From: a virus
Lineage: Duplodnaviria > Caudoviricetes
DNA: 64,000 nt
IMG/VR virus record: IMGVR_UViG_3300021400_000885
Location: 1 to 64,000 of that record
Reading direction: 5' to 3' (one strand)
The notes under the pieces are model-generated. The model was not told the DNA's origin. It did no database searches and worked only from the letters and a program-made list of their open reading frames with translations. A program made the translations under genes and the position numbers. Shown piece after piece: positions 27,525-38,009 of this stretch. Within the stretch, counting starts at the first letter, position 1. Each line of letters opens with the position of its first letter.

Positions 27525-28019
27525 ATGAGCAGTAAAGATGAAAAAGATTTGTGGATAAAAATCTACAATGAAATTGAAGTAAAGACTTGGGAAATTGACT
27601 CCCATTTTAATTATGTGTTAGCTAAAATAGTTTGTGAAACTCATAAATTTGATAAATTATTGAGTGATTTTAACAAAGCAAGTGGGGCCCTTAAGAGGGC
27701 TGTAGATGAACATATAACAAAAAATTATAAATAATACTTGCTTTTTAAAAGAATAATGTTCATCTTTGGATATGTTTAATTAAATCCAAAGTTCATGAAC
27801 ACCACAAAAGAAAACAACATCAAGATTGTAGCTATTTGGCTTTGCTTTATTGTGATTACAATCGGTCTTGCGCTTAACATGTCATTCTGCCTTGATGCAG
27901 GAGAAACTTGGAGAGTTATTGTAGGCATTGTCTCTTTTATTTTCCTTATCGTTGAAACTGTTAAATTTGGACAGTGGGTAAGGGCCTACTATGTATCCTT
28001 AGACAATAAAAAAGAATAA
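27525..28019 (+). CDS. Two small ORFs (27525-27734; 27795-28019, 2-TM membrane protein)
   Basis: ORF track; hydrophobicity. Confidence 0.5.
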
Positions 28020-28043
28020 GGCTAATTAGGGATTTATTCCCAT

Positions 28044-28128
28044 GCTAGAGTGGCGGAATGGTCTACGCGAAAGACTTAAAATCTTTTGGACAGAATTGTC
28101 CTTGTGAGTTCGAGTCTCACCTCTAGTA
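28044..28128 (+). tRNA. tRNA-Leu(TAA)
   Basis: Cloverleaf with long variable arm; aaaga-ctTAAaa-tcttt. Confidence 0.92.
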
Positions 28129-28444
28129 CAATGGTATCAGATTTTATAGTACGTCTAAAGAGTACTAAAATACAAGTGTTTCAATCAAGAAACTATTATG
28201 AATGCTTGGAGTATGTTTCCAAGCATTCTTCTACTATTAAAGAACGTAAACAATACGAAATAATATTATTATCAAACCAAATCTTTAATTCTACAAGCCA
28301 TGAAACGAAAATTCAAGAGGACTGCTGAGAAATGTGCAGTTTGCTTTTTCCTTGCTGGAAAAGCCCATGTAACTATCCAAGAAACATCAGACAAAGAATT
28401 TAACAATTCACTAATTTCAAACATTTATTTAACACCCAAAGCTT

Positions 28445-28789
28445 ATGGCAAACAGAAGAAGTAATTCCAGAAACCAGAGAAGAGGAAGAATTATCAGATG
28501 GACTTCCTCTGAAGAACAAGTTCTGATTGATGCAATTGGTCAGAATCCTACATGTCTTAAAGCTGCATTTCTTGCAGCCTCAACAAACCTTACCAGAACT
28601 CCTGCTGCATGTTCATACCATTGGTATAAACATATGGCAATGAGAGATGATGTAGTAGCAAAACTCACCATTGGCAATGGTGTTGTAATCAAAAATAAAA
28701 CTGTCAAAGTTCATGAAGACAGTATTCTTAGGAAGAGTATTGTAAGAGGAATCTGGGAAAGAATCTGCAATCTTATCTATAGAAATTAA
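28445..28789 (+). CDS. Myb/SANT-like HTH protein
   Basis: RWTSSEEQVL...RTPAACSYHW. Confidence 0.55.
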   Translation: MANRRSNSRNQRRGRIIRWTSSEEQVLIDAIGQNPTCLKAAFLAASTNLTRTPAACSYHWYKHMAMRDDVVAKLTIGNGVVIKNKTVKVHEDSILRKSIVRGIWERICNLIYRN

Positions 28790-30042
28790 TGACTAGAGAA
28801 GAGCACTACAATAACATTAAGGACTTGTTTAAAAAGAACAAGTCCTTAATGCTTAAATTACCAACAAGTTTTGGTAAATCAAAGATTGCCATTGATTTAA
28901 TCAATGATACAGATATTACTCAAGAAGAAACTCTGTTTGAAAGTACTACCAATGTGCTTATTGTAGTGCCAAGATTAGTTCTAATTGATAATTGGAAGGC
29001 TGAAATAGCAAAATGGAAACTAAAAAATACTTGTAAAGTAACCTTTACAACATATGTATCTTTTCCAAAACATGCTGAAACTCATTGGAACTTTATCATA
29101 TTTGATGAAGGGCACCATTTTACAGATAATTGTGCTGATGCATTCATATCATTCACTTATGATAAAGTAATATTTATGAGTGCAACCTTTCCAAAGCAGC
29201 AAAGGTTTAGAATTAAATCTACAGTAAGAGGTATTTCTGAGTATACTGTAACTGCAAGAGATGCAATAAATGACGGTATTCTTCCAGACCCTAAGGTTAT
29301 TCTTGTGCCTATAATGCTTGATAACACTAAGATTTCACAGGTATTTATTAAGAATAAAAGTAAATCTGGAAGTCCTGTAAAATGTTTCTTCAAGGATAGG
29401 TTTAACTATCAGAGGAGTTACCCAAACAGGCCCTTACATATTTATTGTACCCAACAGGAGTATTACAACGAGCTCAATTATCTGATAGACTTTTGGAAGC
29501 AAAAGTTTTTATCTTCAGGAGTACAGTTCCAAAAGAATCTTTGGTTAAGAAAAGCTAAAGACAGATTGGATTGGCTTGCTCTGCAAAAAGAAAAAATAGT
29601 TGAGCATATACTATCTTGTACTGATGAGTATAGAACTTTGACATTTTGCACATCTATTGAACAGACTGAAAGATTAGGAAAATACCCAGTAAATAGTAAA
29701 AATGCTGAGTCAAATAATAATCTTGAAATGTTTAATACTGGACAGATTAAACACATCACTTCAGTAGGAATGCTTAATGAAGGAGTAAATCTGCTCAATT
29801 GTCAGATAGGAATTTATGCTAACATAGGTTCATCGGAAATACTTGAGATTCAACGACTTGGTAGGAATCTTAGAGTCAGCAATCCTTTAATCATTATTCC
29901 TTTTTATGTAGGAACAAGAGAAGAAGAGATTGTTGAAAAGATGAAAAAGAATTATAATCCAAGTCTAGTGAAAACTCTCTTTCCATCACAATTAACTAAA
30001 GATAAAATAGGAGGAATACTAAATGAAAATAGTGTTGGATGA
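28789..30042 (+). CDS. Superfamily 2 helicase
   Basis: PTSFGKS, DEGHH, SAT, LNEGVN, QRLGR motifs. Confidence 0.88.
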   Translation: MTREEHYNNIKDLFKKNKSLMLKLPTSFGKSKIAIDLINDTDITQEETLFESTTNVLIVVPRLVLIDNWKAEIAKWKLKNTCKVTFTTYVSFPKHAETHWNFIIFDEGHHFTDNCADAFISFTYDKVIFMSATFPKQQRFRIKSTVRGISEYTVTARDAINDGILPDPKVILVPIMLDNTKISQVFIKNKSKSGSPVKCFFKDRFNYQRSYPNRPLHIYCTQQEYYNELNYLIDFWKQKFLSSGVQFQKNLWLRKAKDRLDWLALQKEKIVEHILSCTDEYRTLTFCTSIEQTERLGKYPVNSKNAESNNNLEMFNTGQIKHITSVGMLNEGVNLLNCQIGIYANIGSSEILEIQRLGRNLRVSNPLIIIPFYVGTREEEIVEKMKKNYNPSLVKTLFPSQLTKDKIGGILNENSVG

Positions 30043-30604
30043 TAACGCTATTAAAAATAGCGGATTAACACTAAATGAGTTTGCCTATTTATTCTTATAT
30101 ACAAACTCATTAGATGTTATTGAAGGAGCAAAATCCCTTAAGGATAAGGGACTTGCTTTTACAAGTACTGAGGGGTTATTTGACCATAAGCCAACAAGAA
30201 CTGCATTATCAAAATATACTAATGCAGTTATTGCTGCTGAAGATAATAACCTAAGCTCTGATGAAGAGCTTGCTGATTTGGCTCAAAAGCTCAAGGACAT
30301 TTATCCAAAAGGTAAAAAGGAAGGTAAATGGCCTTGGACTGAAGGCCCTGCTTTAATTATCAGAAGACTCAAGATTTTTGAGAAAAAGTATGGTAAATAT
30401 CCTGCACAGGATATTATTGATGCAACTCAAAAATATGTCAATGATAATTTTGGCAGCCAAGAAATGAGGCTTTTGAAATATTTTATATTCAAAGAAGCTG
30501 TTGGAGCTGGAGGAGACAGGGAAAGTACTTCTGATTTATATACAATGCTTTGTAATAAAGAAGAAGATACTCAAGTTGAAAATTGGGCTCAAACTCTTTT
30601 CTAA
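30023..30604 (+). CDS. Putative replication initiator/helicase-loader-like protein
   Basis: IYPK...YV...LKYFI pattern, near dnaB; function inferred from position. Confidence 0.45.
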   Translation: MKIVLDDNAIKNSGLTLNEFAYLFLYTNSLDVIEGAKSLKDKGLAFTSTEGLFDHKPTRTALSKYTNAVIAAEDNNLSSDEELADLAQKLKDIYPKGKKEGKWPWTEGPALIIRRLKIFEKKYGKYPAQDIIDATQKYVNDNFGSQEMRLLKYFIFKEAVGAGGDRESTSDLYTMLCNKEEDTQVENWAQTLF

Positions 30605-30605
30605 T

Positions 30606-30836
30606 ATGTTTAATGTTGGAGATAAAGTAAAGTTTGGAAAGTTCAGTGGAAAAATTATCAGGGTTAACAGAGATAAACAAATTGGTTTTTCTGCTGAACT
30701 TTCCAGAACTTCTACATATAACATATTAATTGAAGGTATTACAGAAGATGATTTTAAAGAAAAAAAGGAGGTAAATGATGGGACTTGTGAAACAAGTGAT
30801 GGACTACCTGTGGGAGAGGAGACAAAATCTGATTGA
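30606..30836 (+). CDS. Small SH3-like hypothetical protein
   Basis: MFNVGDKVK...G.I pattern. Confidence 0.45.
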   Translation: MFNVGDKVKFGKFSGKIIRVNRDKQIGFSAELSRTSTYNILIEGITEDDFKEKKEVNDGTCETSDGLPVGEETKSD

Positions 30837-31947
30837 TGGTAAGGTAAATTGTATTCCAAGCCCATTTAAAGACTTTAGTGATAATTTCATAGGTATTGAG
30901 CAGGAAACTTATTATACCATCACTGCAGGTCAGAAAACTGGCAAATCTCAGTTTCTTTCCTTCATGTTTCTTTATAATCCAATCCTTTATGCTTATTATA
31001 ATCCAAGCCAGATAAGAGTAAAAATCTTTTATGCGCCTCTTGAGGAGTCAAAAGAAAAGGTAGTAATGAGATTTATGAGGTATCTTTTATTCTTATTGTC
31101 AGACCATAAGATAAGAGTAACTCACCACGAACTTACCTCAGCAAGAGCTGGACATCCTGTAAATGATGAAATTCTGGCAATCCTTGAATCTGAAGAGTAT
31201 CAGAAAATTCTATCTTTCTTTGAAGAGCATATTGTATTTATGCAAGCTAAAAATCCAACTGGACTATATAAAGAGCTTGTAAAGTATGCTGTAAATAATG
31301 GAGAAAGAGTTACTGAGAAAGTAAAAATTAAGAATGAGTTTGGAGATGAGCAAGAGGTTAATAAGTTTGTAAGATATATACCAAAAGACCCTGATGAGTA
31401 TGTAATCATTGCCATAGACCATGTTTCTCTTCTTCAAGAGGAGTCTGGCAAAGATAAAAGGCAAACCATAAGGAAGTGGTCTGAGTACTGTATGGAACTA
31501 AGGGATTATTATAGATACATTCCTGTTAATGTTCAGCAACAATCCATTGAAATTATGGGTAATGAGGCATTTAAATTAAATAGGATAAGACCTACCCCTG
31601 CAGGCTTAAGTGATTGCAAAGACACCAGATATGACGTCAATGTAATGCTCGGATTATCAAATCCTTACGCTATGGAAGTTCCTTCATATATGGGATATGA
31701 CATTACTAAACTCAAGGATAATCAAAGATTTCTTGAAGTGATGTTGTCAAGAGATGGAACTGCTAATGCTGTTAAAGCTCTTTATTTTGATGGAGCAGTA
31801 TCATTCTTTTCAGAATTACCTAATCCAAGAGATGAAAACTTTACTCCTTTTATGGAAAGGGTATATGCACTTATTGAATCTATTAGGAGGCCTGCAGTAT
31901 CAATGATGATTGTTAGGAAAATTCTTTCAATTTTTAGAAAAAAGTGA
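30775..31947 (+). CDS. dnaB: DnaB-like replicative helicase
   Basis: AGQKTGKS Walker A, LEES, IAIDHVSLL, VQQQ, SRDG. Confidence 0.85.
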   Translation: MMGLVKQVMDYLWERRQNLIDGKVNCIPSPFKDFSDNFIGIEQETYYTITAGQKTGKSQFLSFMFLYNPILYAYYNPSQIRVKIFYAPLEESKEKVVMRFMRYLLFLLSDHKIRVTHHELTSARAGHPVNDEILAILESEEYQKILSFFEEHIVFMQAKNPTGLYKELVKYAVNNGERVTEKVKIKNEFGDEQEVNKFVRYIPKDPDEYVIIAIDHVSLLQEESGKDKRQTIRKWSEYCMELRDYYRYIPVNVQQQSIEIMGNEAFKLNRIRPTPAGLSDCKDTRYDVNVMLGLSNPYAMEVPSYMGYDITKLKDNQRFLEVMLSRDGTANAVKALYFDGAVSFFSELPNPRDENFTPFMERVYALIESIRRPAVSMMIVRKILSIFRKK

Positions 31948-31988
31948 CCTATAAAATCACTATATTTGAATTCTAAACCCAAATAAAA

Positions 31989-32675
31989 ATGTCACATTTA
32001 GTAGTTATTTTAGGAGCCACTGGCTCTGGAAAATCAACAAGTATTAAGAATCTGAATCCTCAAGAGACAGTAATTCTTGCCCTTAAAGCTGTTGATAAGG
32101 ATTTGCCCTTCAAGGGAAGTAGAAAGCTTTATAATGCTGCAAATAAGAACTATTTTGCACTAAAAAATTACAGTGAGTTCCTTACTCTTATGGATAGTAT
32201 TTCTAATAATGTTCCTAAAGTAAAGAATATTATACTTGAGGATTCTACATATATCATGAGGACTGAGTTCTTTGACAGAGCCTCTGAAGTAGGATTCACA
32301 AAGTTCACGGAACTTGCGGACCACTTTAGAAAGATTATCTCAAAGGGAACTTCTCTTCGTTCTGATATTAATGTATTTATGCTCTTGCATTCAGAAACTA
32401 TTATGCAAGATGGAAGCCCTATTGGATATAAAGCAGCAACTGTTGGAAAGCTTCTTGATGAAAAGTATAATCCTCTTGAGAGTGTAACAGTAACATTATT
32501 CTGTCAGCCTAAATATGATGATAAAGGAAATCCTCAGTATGGATTTTATACCAAGAGAATGAAGGTTGATGGAGTAGAAATTCCTGCCAAAACTCCAGAT
32601 GGAATGTTTGAGGAAGACTTTATTCCTAATGACCTTAACTATGTAATCAAAGCTATGGATGAGTATTACGGATAA
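31989..32675 (+). CDS. AAA_24/Sak4-like ATPase
   Basis: GATGSGKSTS, LEDSTY, AKTPDGMF; TATATTTG element at 31961-31968. Confidence 0.8.
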   Translation: MSHLVVILGATGSGKSTSIKNLNPQETVILALKAVDKDLPFKGSRKLYNAANKNYFALKNYSEFLTLMDSISNNVPKVKNIILEDSTYIMRTEFFDRASEVGFTKFTELADHFRKIISKGTSLRSDINVFMLLHSETIMQDGSPIGYKAATVGKLLDEKYNPLESVTVTLFCQPKYDDKGNPQYGFYTKRMKVDGVEIPAKTPDGMFEEDFIPNDLNYVIKAMDEYYG

Positions 32676-32715
32676 TCCATAGTATAAATATTAACTTAAT
32701 TAACACCCAAAAATT

Positions 32716-33051
32716 ATGGCAAACACAAATGTCAATGCACTCGGATTTACCCGATTTGAAATTGCAAATGCTAAAAGAGCACTTTCTGCAAACAAAACTC
32801 TCTATCGTAAAATGGATACCTTAGAGAAAAAGATTAAGGAACTTGCAGCTGAATATGAAGCTACTGAAGCACAGACAAAGGCTTGGGAAGCTCCTGTAGC
32901 AGCTCTTACTGAGCAGAAACTTGGAGTTGTACTTACCTCTCGTCAGTTGCTTGCTTATTGTGCAAATCCTGAGCAGTTTAAGGCAGATTATCCAGATACT
33001 GTGCTTCCAGAGGCAGCTCCTCAAGAGGAGAATAATCCATTTGAAGCATAA
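32716..33051 (+). CDS. Coiled-coil hypothetical protein
   Basis: ORF with NPF-type acidic tail. Confidence 0.6.
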   Translation: MANTNVNALGFTRFEIANAKRALSANKTLYRKMDTLEKKIKELAAEYEATEAQTKAWEAPVAALTEQKLGVVLTSRQLLAYCANPEQFKADYPDTVLPEAAPQEENNPFEA

Positions 33052-33088
33052 TCAAAAGTTCATATACTAACTATTAAATTATTCACTT

Positions 33089-34105
33089 ATGGCAATTGCT
33101 AGAGGAAAAGAAAGTAAAGAGGTTAAAGTAGTTCTTCATGAAGGAATTGCTGCCCTTGGTGTTCTTGCTATTAATCCTACAAGAGCAGAGCTTAATAATA
33201 TTTACCATTCCAACAATGGAAGTACTGAGGAGCCTAAATATGTAGGAACTACCACAGCAAAAAATTATAAGGGAGAAGATGTAACAGTTCCACAGGTTAG
33301 AATTTCTTTCATTACAAGAACTGATACTTCTATTGCAAGGAATAATAACATTGATGCTATCTTTCCTATAAATTTCTTCCTAACCAAAGAGTACAACTAT
33401 TCTAATAAGAATGGTGTTCTTAAGGTTCAGGTTATTGATAAATATGGAAGAACTGGTTGGGTAACTTCTGAAGAGCTTAAGACTGGTGCAATTCCAGAGT
33501 ATACCATTAAGAATGGGCCCAATGCTGGAACAACCATGAGGGCAAACCTTGCTCAAGGATACAGAAGATGTTATATTGGTGAGGAAAACCTCGTTAAATT
33601 CCTCATTGCACTTATTAACATTGACCGTCCTGATGAGTGGAATGAGAGTACTCATACTTATGTAATGAAGACTAATCCTGCAGAGCTGGAGCAGTCTGAG
33701 TGTATGCTTTCTGATATTGAAAAGTATTTCAGTGGAAATATCAAAGAGCTTAAAGATGCTATTAATTTCCAGCCCAATAACAGAGTTGCTATGGGTATTG
33801 GTGTAAGAACTGCAAGAGATGGTAAGCAATATCAGTGTGCTTATCTTAATATGCCTGGTAAACTTGGTGATACCAGATTTGCAGAAAGACTTGCCAAGCA
33901 GCTTGAGGAAGATGCTAAATTTGGAAGACATCCATCTGAGCATTATTGCACTGAAAATCTTAGGGAATATACTGTAAGTGCTACTGACTATTCTAAGAAG
34001 GAAGAGCCTGTAAATGACCCATTTGCAGCACCTGTTATTGATGACCTTCCAGCAGATAATGCAACTCAGATGCCACTTGATGTTGACCCATTTGCAGGCA
34101 TGTAA
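33089..34105 (+). CDS. Putative single-stranded DNA-binding protein (crAss-like)
   Basis: VLAINPT, QVIDKYGRTGW, acidic DDLP/DPF tail; between AAA ATPase and primase. Confidence 0.55.
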   Translation: MAIARGKESKEVKVVLHEGIAALGVLAINPTRAELNNIYHSNNGSTEEPKYVGTTTAKNYKGEDVTVPQVRISFITRTDTSIARNNNIDAIFPINFFLTKEYNYSNKNGVLKVQVIDKYGRTGWVTSEELKTGAIPEYTIKNGPNAGTTMRANLAQGYRRCYIGEENLVKFLIALINIDRPDEWNESTHTYVMKTNPAELEQSECMLSDIEKYFSGNIKELKDAINFQPNNRVAMGIGVRTARDGKQYQCAYLNMPGKLGDTRFAERLAKQLEEDAKFGRHPSEHYCTENLREYTVSATDYSKKEEPVNDPFAAPVIDDLPADNATQMPLDVDPFAGM

Positions 34106-34111
34106 AATTTT

Positions 34112-35113
34112 ATGATTAGTGGAGGAACATATAATGGGGGAATTGACTCTTTGTTACAAAGAGTTTCAGAAGCTAATATTGCGGCATATTACCTTCAGGA
34201 ATTAACTCAAATTCCTCAGGTAATATGTTCCCCACTAAGAAAAGATGAGCACCCATCATTCAGAATTTATAGTCCAGATGGCATAAAAGTCAGATATTAT
34301 GATTATGTGACTGGAGAGACTGGAGGGATAATTGACTTTGTATGTAAGAAATTCAATCTTACACTGCCACAAGCCATCAATAAGATAAATAGTGAGGTTG
34401 GAAAGAAAAATCCTGTAAGAATTTCAACTTCTAATGGTATTACTATTAGGAAGGACAAAGCAATTTTTACAGTTAAATCAAGGAGGAGAGAATGGCAAGA
34501 CTATGATTTTGAATATTGGGGCTCATATGGAATAAGCAAGCCTTGGTTATTACATAGTGATATTTATCCAATAGATTACATATTTATCATATCTGAAAAT
34601 GGTTACACAAAGACCATTAAAGCAGATAAATACGCATATACTTTTATTGAAAGAAAGGATGGAGTAATTTCTGAAAAGATTTATCAGCCATTTAATAAAG
34701 AAGGAGTAAAATGGAGGTCTGGACATGATAGCTCTGTTTGGGATTTATGGACAAAACTTCCACAAAGAGGAGAAAGATTACTGATAACATCTTCAAGAAA
34801 AGATGCTCTTTGCTTATGGGCAAACCTTGGGATACCAGCAGTATCTCTACAAGGAGAAGCAATGAATGCCAAGCCTCAGGTAGTAAATGAGCTAAAGGAG
34901 AGATTTAAAAAGATATACGTATTATATGATAATGATTTTTCTAAAGACAGAAATGCAGGGAGGATTGATGGAGAGAAATTCTGTAAAACATTTGGATTAA
35001 TACAACTTGAAATACCAGAATACCTAAAAAGCAAAGACCCAAGTGATTTATATAAGAATCACGGAAAAGAAACATTCAGAAAAACAATCTTAGATTTAAT
35101 TAAACATGGTTAG
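34112..35113 (+). CDS. dnaG: DNA primase (Toprim)
   Basis: SPLRKDEHPSF degenerate Zn-finger region, ITSSRKD, YDND, KDPSD. Confidence 0.88.
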   Translation: MISGGTYNGGIDSLLQRVSEANIAAYYLQELTQIPQVICSPLRKDEHPSFRIYSPDGIKVRYYDYVTGETGGIIDFVCKKFNLTLPQAINKINSEVGKKNPVRISTSNGITIRKDKAIFTVKSRRREWQDYDFEYWGSYGISKPWLLHSDIYPIDYIFIISENGYTKTIKADKYAYTFIERKDGVISEKIYQPFNKEGVKWRSGHDSSVWDLWTKLPQRGERLLITSSRKDALCLWANLGIPAVSLQGEAMNAKPQVVNELKERFKKIYVLYDNDFSKDRNAGRIDGEKFCKTFGLIQLEIPEYLKSKDPSDLYKNHGKETFRKTILDLIKHG

Positions 35114-35708
35114 GAATATTACTGTTTATGAAAAGGAAGCACAGAAAAAGACTGTGTTTGAAAATGTTGATGTAAACACCCTTGCAGACATTAAGACTCT
35201 GCTTGACAATAAGGGCATCAATTACTATAATATGGAGTTCCTTGAAGGAGTTTCCAAAGTAAGACTTATGGTAGATGACTCTGTTCTGCCAAGCAATATC
35301 CCTTATAAGGGAAGTGTAACCAATGATTTGGTTATTCTCATGACCTTGAAGAATGAGAAAATCTCTTCTGGAGCACAGACAAGACAAGACCTTTATGACT
35401 TCATCAAGACTAACCATCTTGAAGATGCCATTAAGGAAAAATTTGGTAAGAATTTTACCAATGTTTCAACTCTTGACCTTATCAATTTTGCTGCTGACCA
35501 TGCTTGTGTAGAAGAAAAGCCTGAAAAATCTCTAACTGAAAAGGCTAAGGAAATTATTGAAAACCTTTATAACTATGGACACATTACTGAGGAAGAATAT
35601 AAAATTCTCCGTAATGCAATTCTTAGTGTAAAGGAAGTACAGGAAGATGATTCCAAAGGCTTCTCAAGAAATGAAATTGAAGAAATGATTGATAGCCTTA
35701 ATTTCTAA
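35106..35708 (+). CDS. Ubiquitin-like (beta-grasp) domain ending KISSG, fused to a helical C-terminal domain
   Basis: beta-beta-alpha(TLADIKTLL)-beta..DDSVLP..beta(LVILMT)-KISSG89 pattern; first gene of the E2/JAB/E1 cluster. Confidence 0.6.
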   Translation: MVRNITVYEKEAQKKTVFENVDVNTLADIKTLLDNKGINYYNMEFLEGVSKVRLMVDDSVLPSNIPYKGSVTNDLVILMTLKNEKISSGAQTRQDLYDFIKTNHLEDAIKEKFGKNFTNVSTLDLINFAADHACVEEKPEKSLTEKAKEIIENLYNYGHITEEEYKILRNAILSVKEVQEDDSKGFSRNEIEEMIDSLNF

Positions 35709-35725
35709 TTATACTAACTTAAAGT

Positions 35726-35758
35726 GCTGGGGTCTATAAAATAGGCCCCAGCTTTTTA
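35726..35758 (+). terminator. Intrinsic terminator between the Ubl and E2 genes
   Basis: gctggggtctat-aaa-ataggccccagc followed by TTTTT. Confidence 0.75.
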
Positions 35759-35764
35759 TTTATT

Positions 35765-36850
35765 ATGGATAATCAAGCATTACAAGAAAAATTCTCTATA
35801 TATGAGAGAACTATGCAAAATGATGCTATTGCATATCCAGTAAGCCTAGCTTTCAAATGTGCTAAGGAGTATTTTGGAGAAGAAAGAGTAATGCTGAAAG
35901 TTGCCTGTCCAACAAACAAAAGAGCTGAAGACAATATATCCAGTATACGCAATATTTATAATTGGAATATTAATAATATTCCTTGGACAAGGCAAACCAT
36001 TACTGTTCATTACCCAAAAGTTACTGTAACAAATGAATTGCATAATTCAACTGAAATATATGATTTATTTGTGCTTTTACAGTTCCAAGAAAATGGGGCT
36101 TTCCAAGACATTCATTATATAAGAACTACTTTTACATCTTCACAATGGGAAAGTGGATATATTCATTCTCATACTCCATCTTTACATAGTAGTGAGATAT
36201 TTTGGGGACATGTTTGTCTTGGTACGGGCCCAATAAATGGTACAATTGACCAATTAAGAAGAGGAGAGCAATACTCTGAATTTACTTGGGAATTGTTCTT
36301 TTGGGAACTTGACAAAATGGTACAAACAGAGTCCTTGGAAGGAGGGCCCTACATGAGGATGGAACATATTGTAAACAATCTAAAGAAAGTAAATCCCCAA
36401 GACTACTTTTGTACAGCTTCATTTTCCTCAGAATTTTCTACAGACTTCATAGAAAGCTATATTAAAAGCAAAAGGCTTAAACTTGTATTTAGAAATGGCA
36501 AGTTCTGTCTTGGAACATCTTTTCTTGAGTGGTACTTAGACTTTAATGCATATAGAAATGCTTATTATAAAATCTTAAATCGTACAGATGATATAAGAAG
36601 GCAAGACTATTATTATAATGATACTGCCCTATATGTAAAAACAAGAACAAGACTCTATAACTCAAGACCAACACCTTCAGAAAATCCTGTTTTAGTGTTT
36701 AATGGTGTTGTATATAAGGTTAAAATCATTCAAGAAGAAGAGAAGCTTGGGTTAAGAAAGATTTATGGAATAAATCTTCCCATTGCAAAAAGGTTTCTTG
36801 ATGTTCTTATTTGTACTTACAACAATGCAATAACTTTTGACAATGACTAA
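35765..36850 (+). CDS. Prokaryotic E2/UBC-like conjugating enzyme
   Basis: GYIHSH...HVCLGTGP (Cys151) matches the E2 HxH/N...C-L-G active-site arrangement; context with JAB and E1. Confidence 0.6.
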   Translation: MDNQALQEKFSIYERTMQNDAIAYPVSLAFKCAKEYFGEERVMLKVACPTNKRAEDNISSIRNIYNWNINNIPWTRQTITVHYPKVTVTNELHNSTEIYDLFVLLQFQENGAFQDIHYIRTTFTSSQWESGYIHSHTPSLHSSEIFWGHVCLGTGPINGTIDQLRRGEQYSEFTWELFFWELDKMVQTESLEGGPYMRMEHIVNNLKKVNPQDYFCTASFSSEFSTDFIESYIKSKRLKLVFRNGKFCLGTSFLEWYLDFNAYRNAYYKILNRTDDIRRQDYYYNDTALYVKTRTRLYNSRPTPSENPVLVFNGVVYKVKIIQEEEKLGLRKIYGINLPIAKRFLDVLICTYNNAITFDND

Positions 36851-38009
36851 TTTTACACTGGAAAGCTGTGAACAGCACTATAAAATGTTTATTCCACAAG
36901 AAGTGGAAAAGAAGATAAGAACTTGGTGTGCTTTACTGCCAGACAAAGAGTGGTCTGGAGTTCTCTTTTATTCTGTAAATGGCAATTTTGAGGATAATTC
37001 TCTTGAGGTAATCTGTAAAGATATTCTTGTAATGAATATTGGAGAATCTGCCTATACAGAATTTTCTTATGATGAAGATGTTGCTTTCTATATGGCTCAG
37101 AATCCTGAACTTCTGGATTGTTATCAGGCACTTATTCATAGCCATAATAACATGAAAGCGTTCTTCTCTGGCACTGATGTCAACACTATCCTTAAAGAGG
37201 GGAGTAAGACTGATAATTTCGTATCTCTTGTTGTAAATAATGCTGGTCAGTATGTTGCTATTGTAACAAGAAAAGTAATCAGCAACTCTTGTATTAAAGG
37301 CAAAAAGACTATCCATACATTAACAAAATTCTTTGGAGAAAGTGTTGAAAAAGATACTACTGTTGAAGATGCTGAAGTTAACTCAGAATCTAATATGGTA
37401 GAGTACTATCCTTTGGATATTACTATTGAAAAGAGTAGTTGGGATGAGGAAATATCAAGATATTCTGAGCTTAAAGCAAAATCCTATAAGCCAGTAACAC
37501 CTTTTTATAGTCCTAAAAGTACAATACTTCCAAAAGAAACTACTCCATTTAAGAGCAACAATACTTGGGAGCCTAAACTCTTTGAAGATGATGATAATTT
37601 AGAGCTTGATACTACTATTCAAACTTACCTTTCTCCAAAGTATGATAAGGCATGGAAGAATGCTGGATTGTATAATCTAATCAATAAGATTATTCTGGGC
37701 ACTCCTTATACAACAAAGGATATTGACCTTAATGTTTTTAAGAAAACAGTTGATTTTGATAAAGATATATGTAAGTATTTCTCTCAACAGAAGAATCAAA
37801 AGGCTGCTGAAGAAGACTTTTGCATTTGGGTAAGCGATTACTTAAATTATCTTATTGAAAGCTTTGATGTATCAAAAGTTAGTAAGGATATTCCTTTTGA
37901 TTTTGAAGAAGAAGTACTCATTTCAAAGCTTATTACTGAACTTGAAGACATTAAATCTGACTATATGCAACTTATTGTAGAAGAACTTAAATCAAGAATT
38001 GATTTATGA
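36837..38009 (+). CDS. JAB/MPN (JAMM) metalloprotease
   Basis: E38 (EWSG) and H101-x-H103-x7-S111-x2-D114, the canonical JAMM motif. Confidence 0.88.
   Translation: MTMTNFTLESCEQHYKMFIPQEVEKKIRTWCALLPDKEWSGVLFYSVNGNFEDNSLEVICKDILVMNIGESAYTEFSYDEDVAFYMAQNPELLDCYQALIHSHNNMKAFFSGTDVNTILKEGSKTDNFVSLVVNNAGQYVAIVTRKVISNSCIKGKKTIHTLTKFFGESVEKDTTVEDAEVNSESNMVEYYPLDITIEKSSWDEEISRYSELKAKSYKPVTPFYSPKSTILPKETTPFKSNNTWEPKLFEDDDNLELDTTIQTYLSPKYDKAWKNAGLYNLINKIILGTPYTTKDIDLNVFKKTVDFDKDICKYFSQQKNQKAAEEDFCIWVSDYLNYLIESFDVSKVSKDIPFDFEEEVLISKLITELEDIKSDYMQLIVEELKSRIDL

Noticed and set aside
28086-28328. 80-aa ORF starting at a TTG
   Set aside because: The start lies inside tRNA-Leu; if real, the gene begins at ATG 28131
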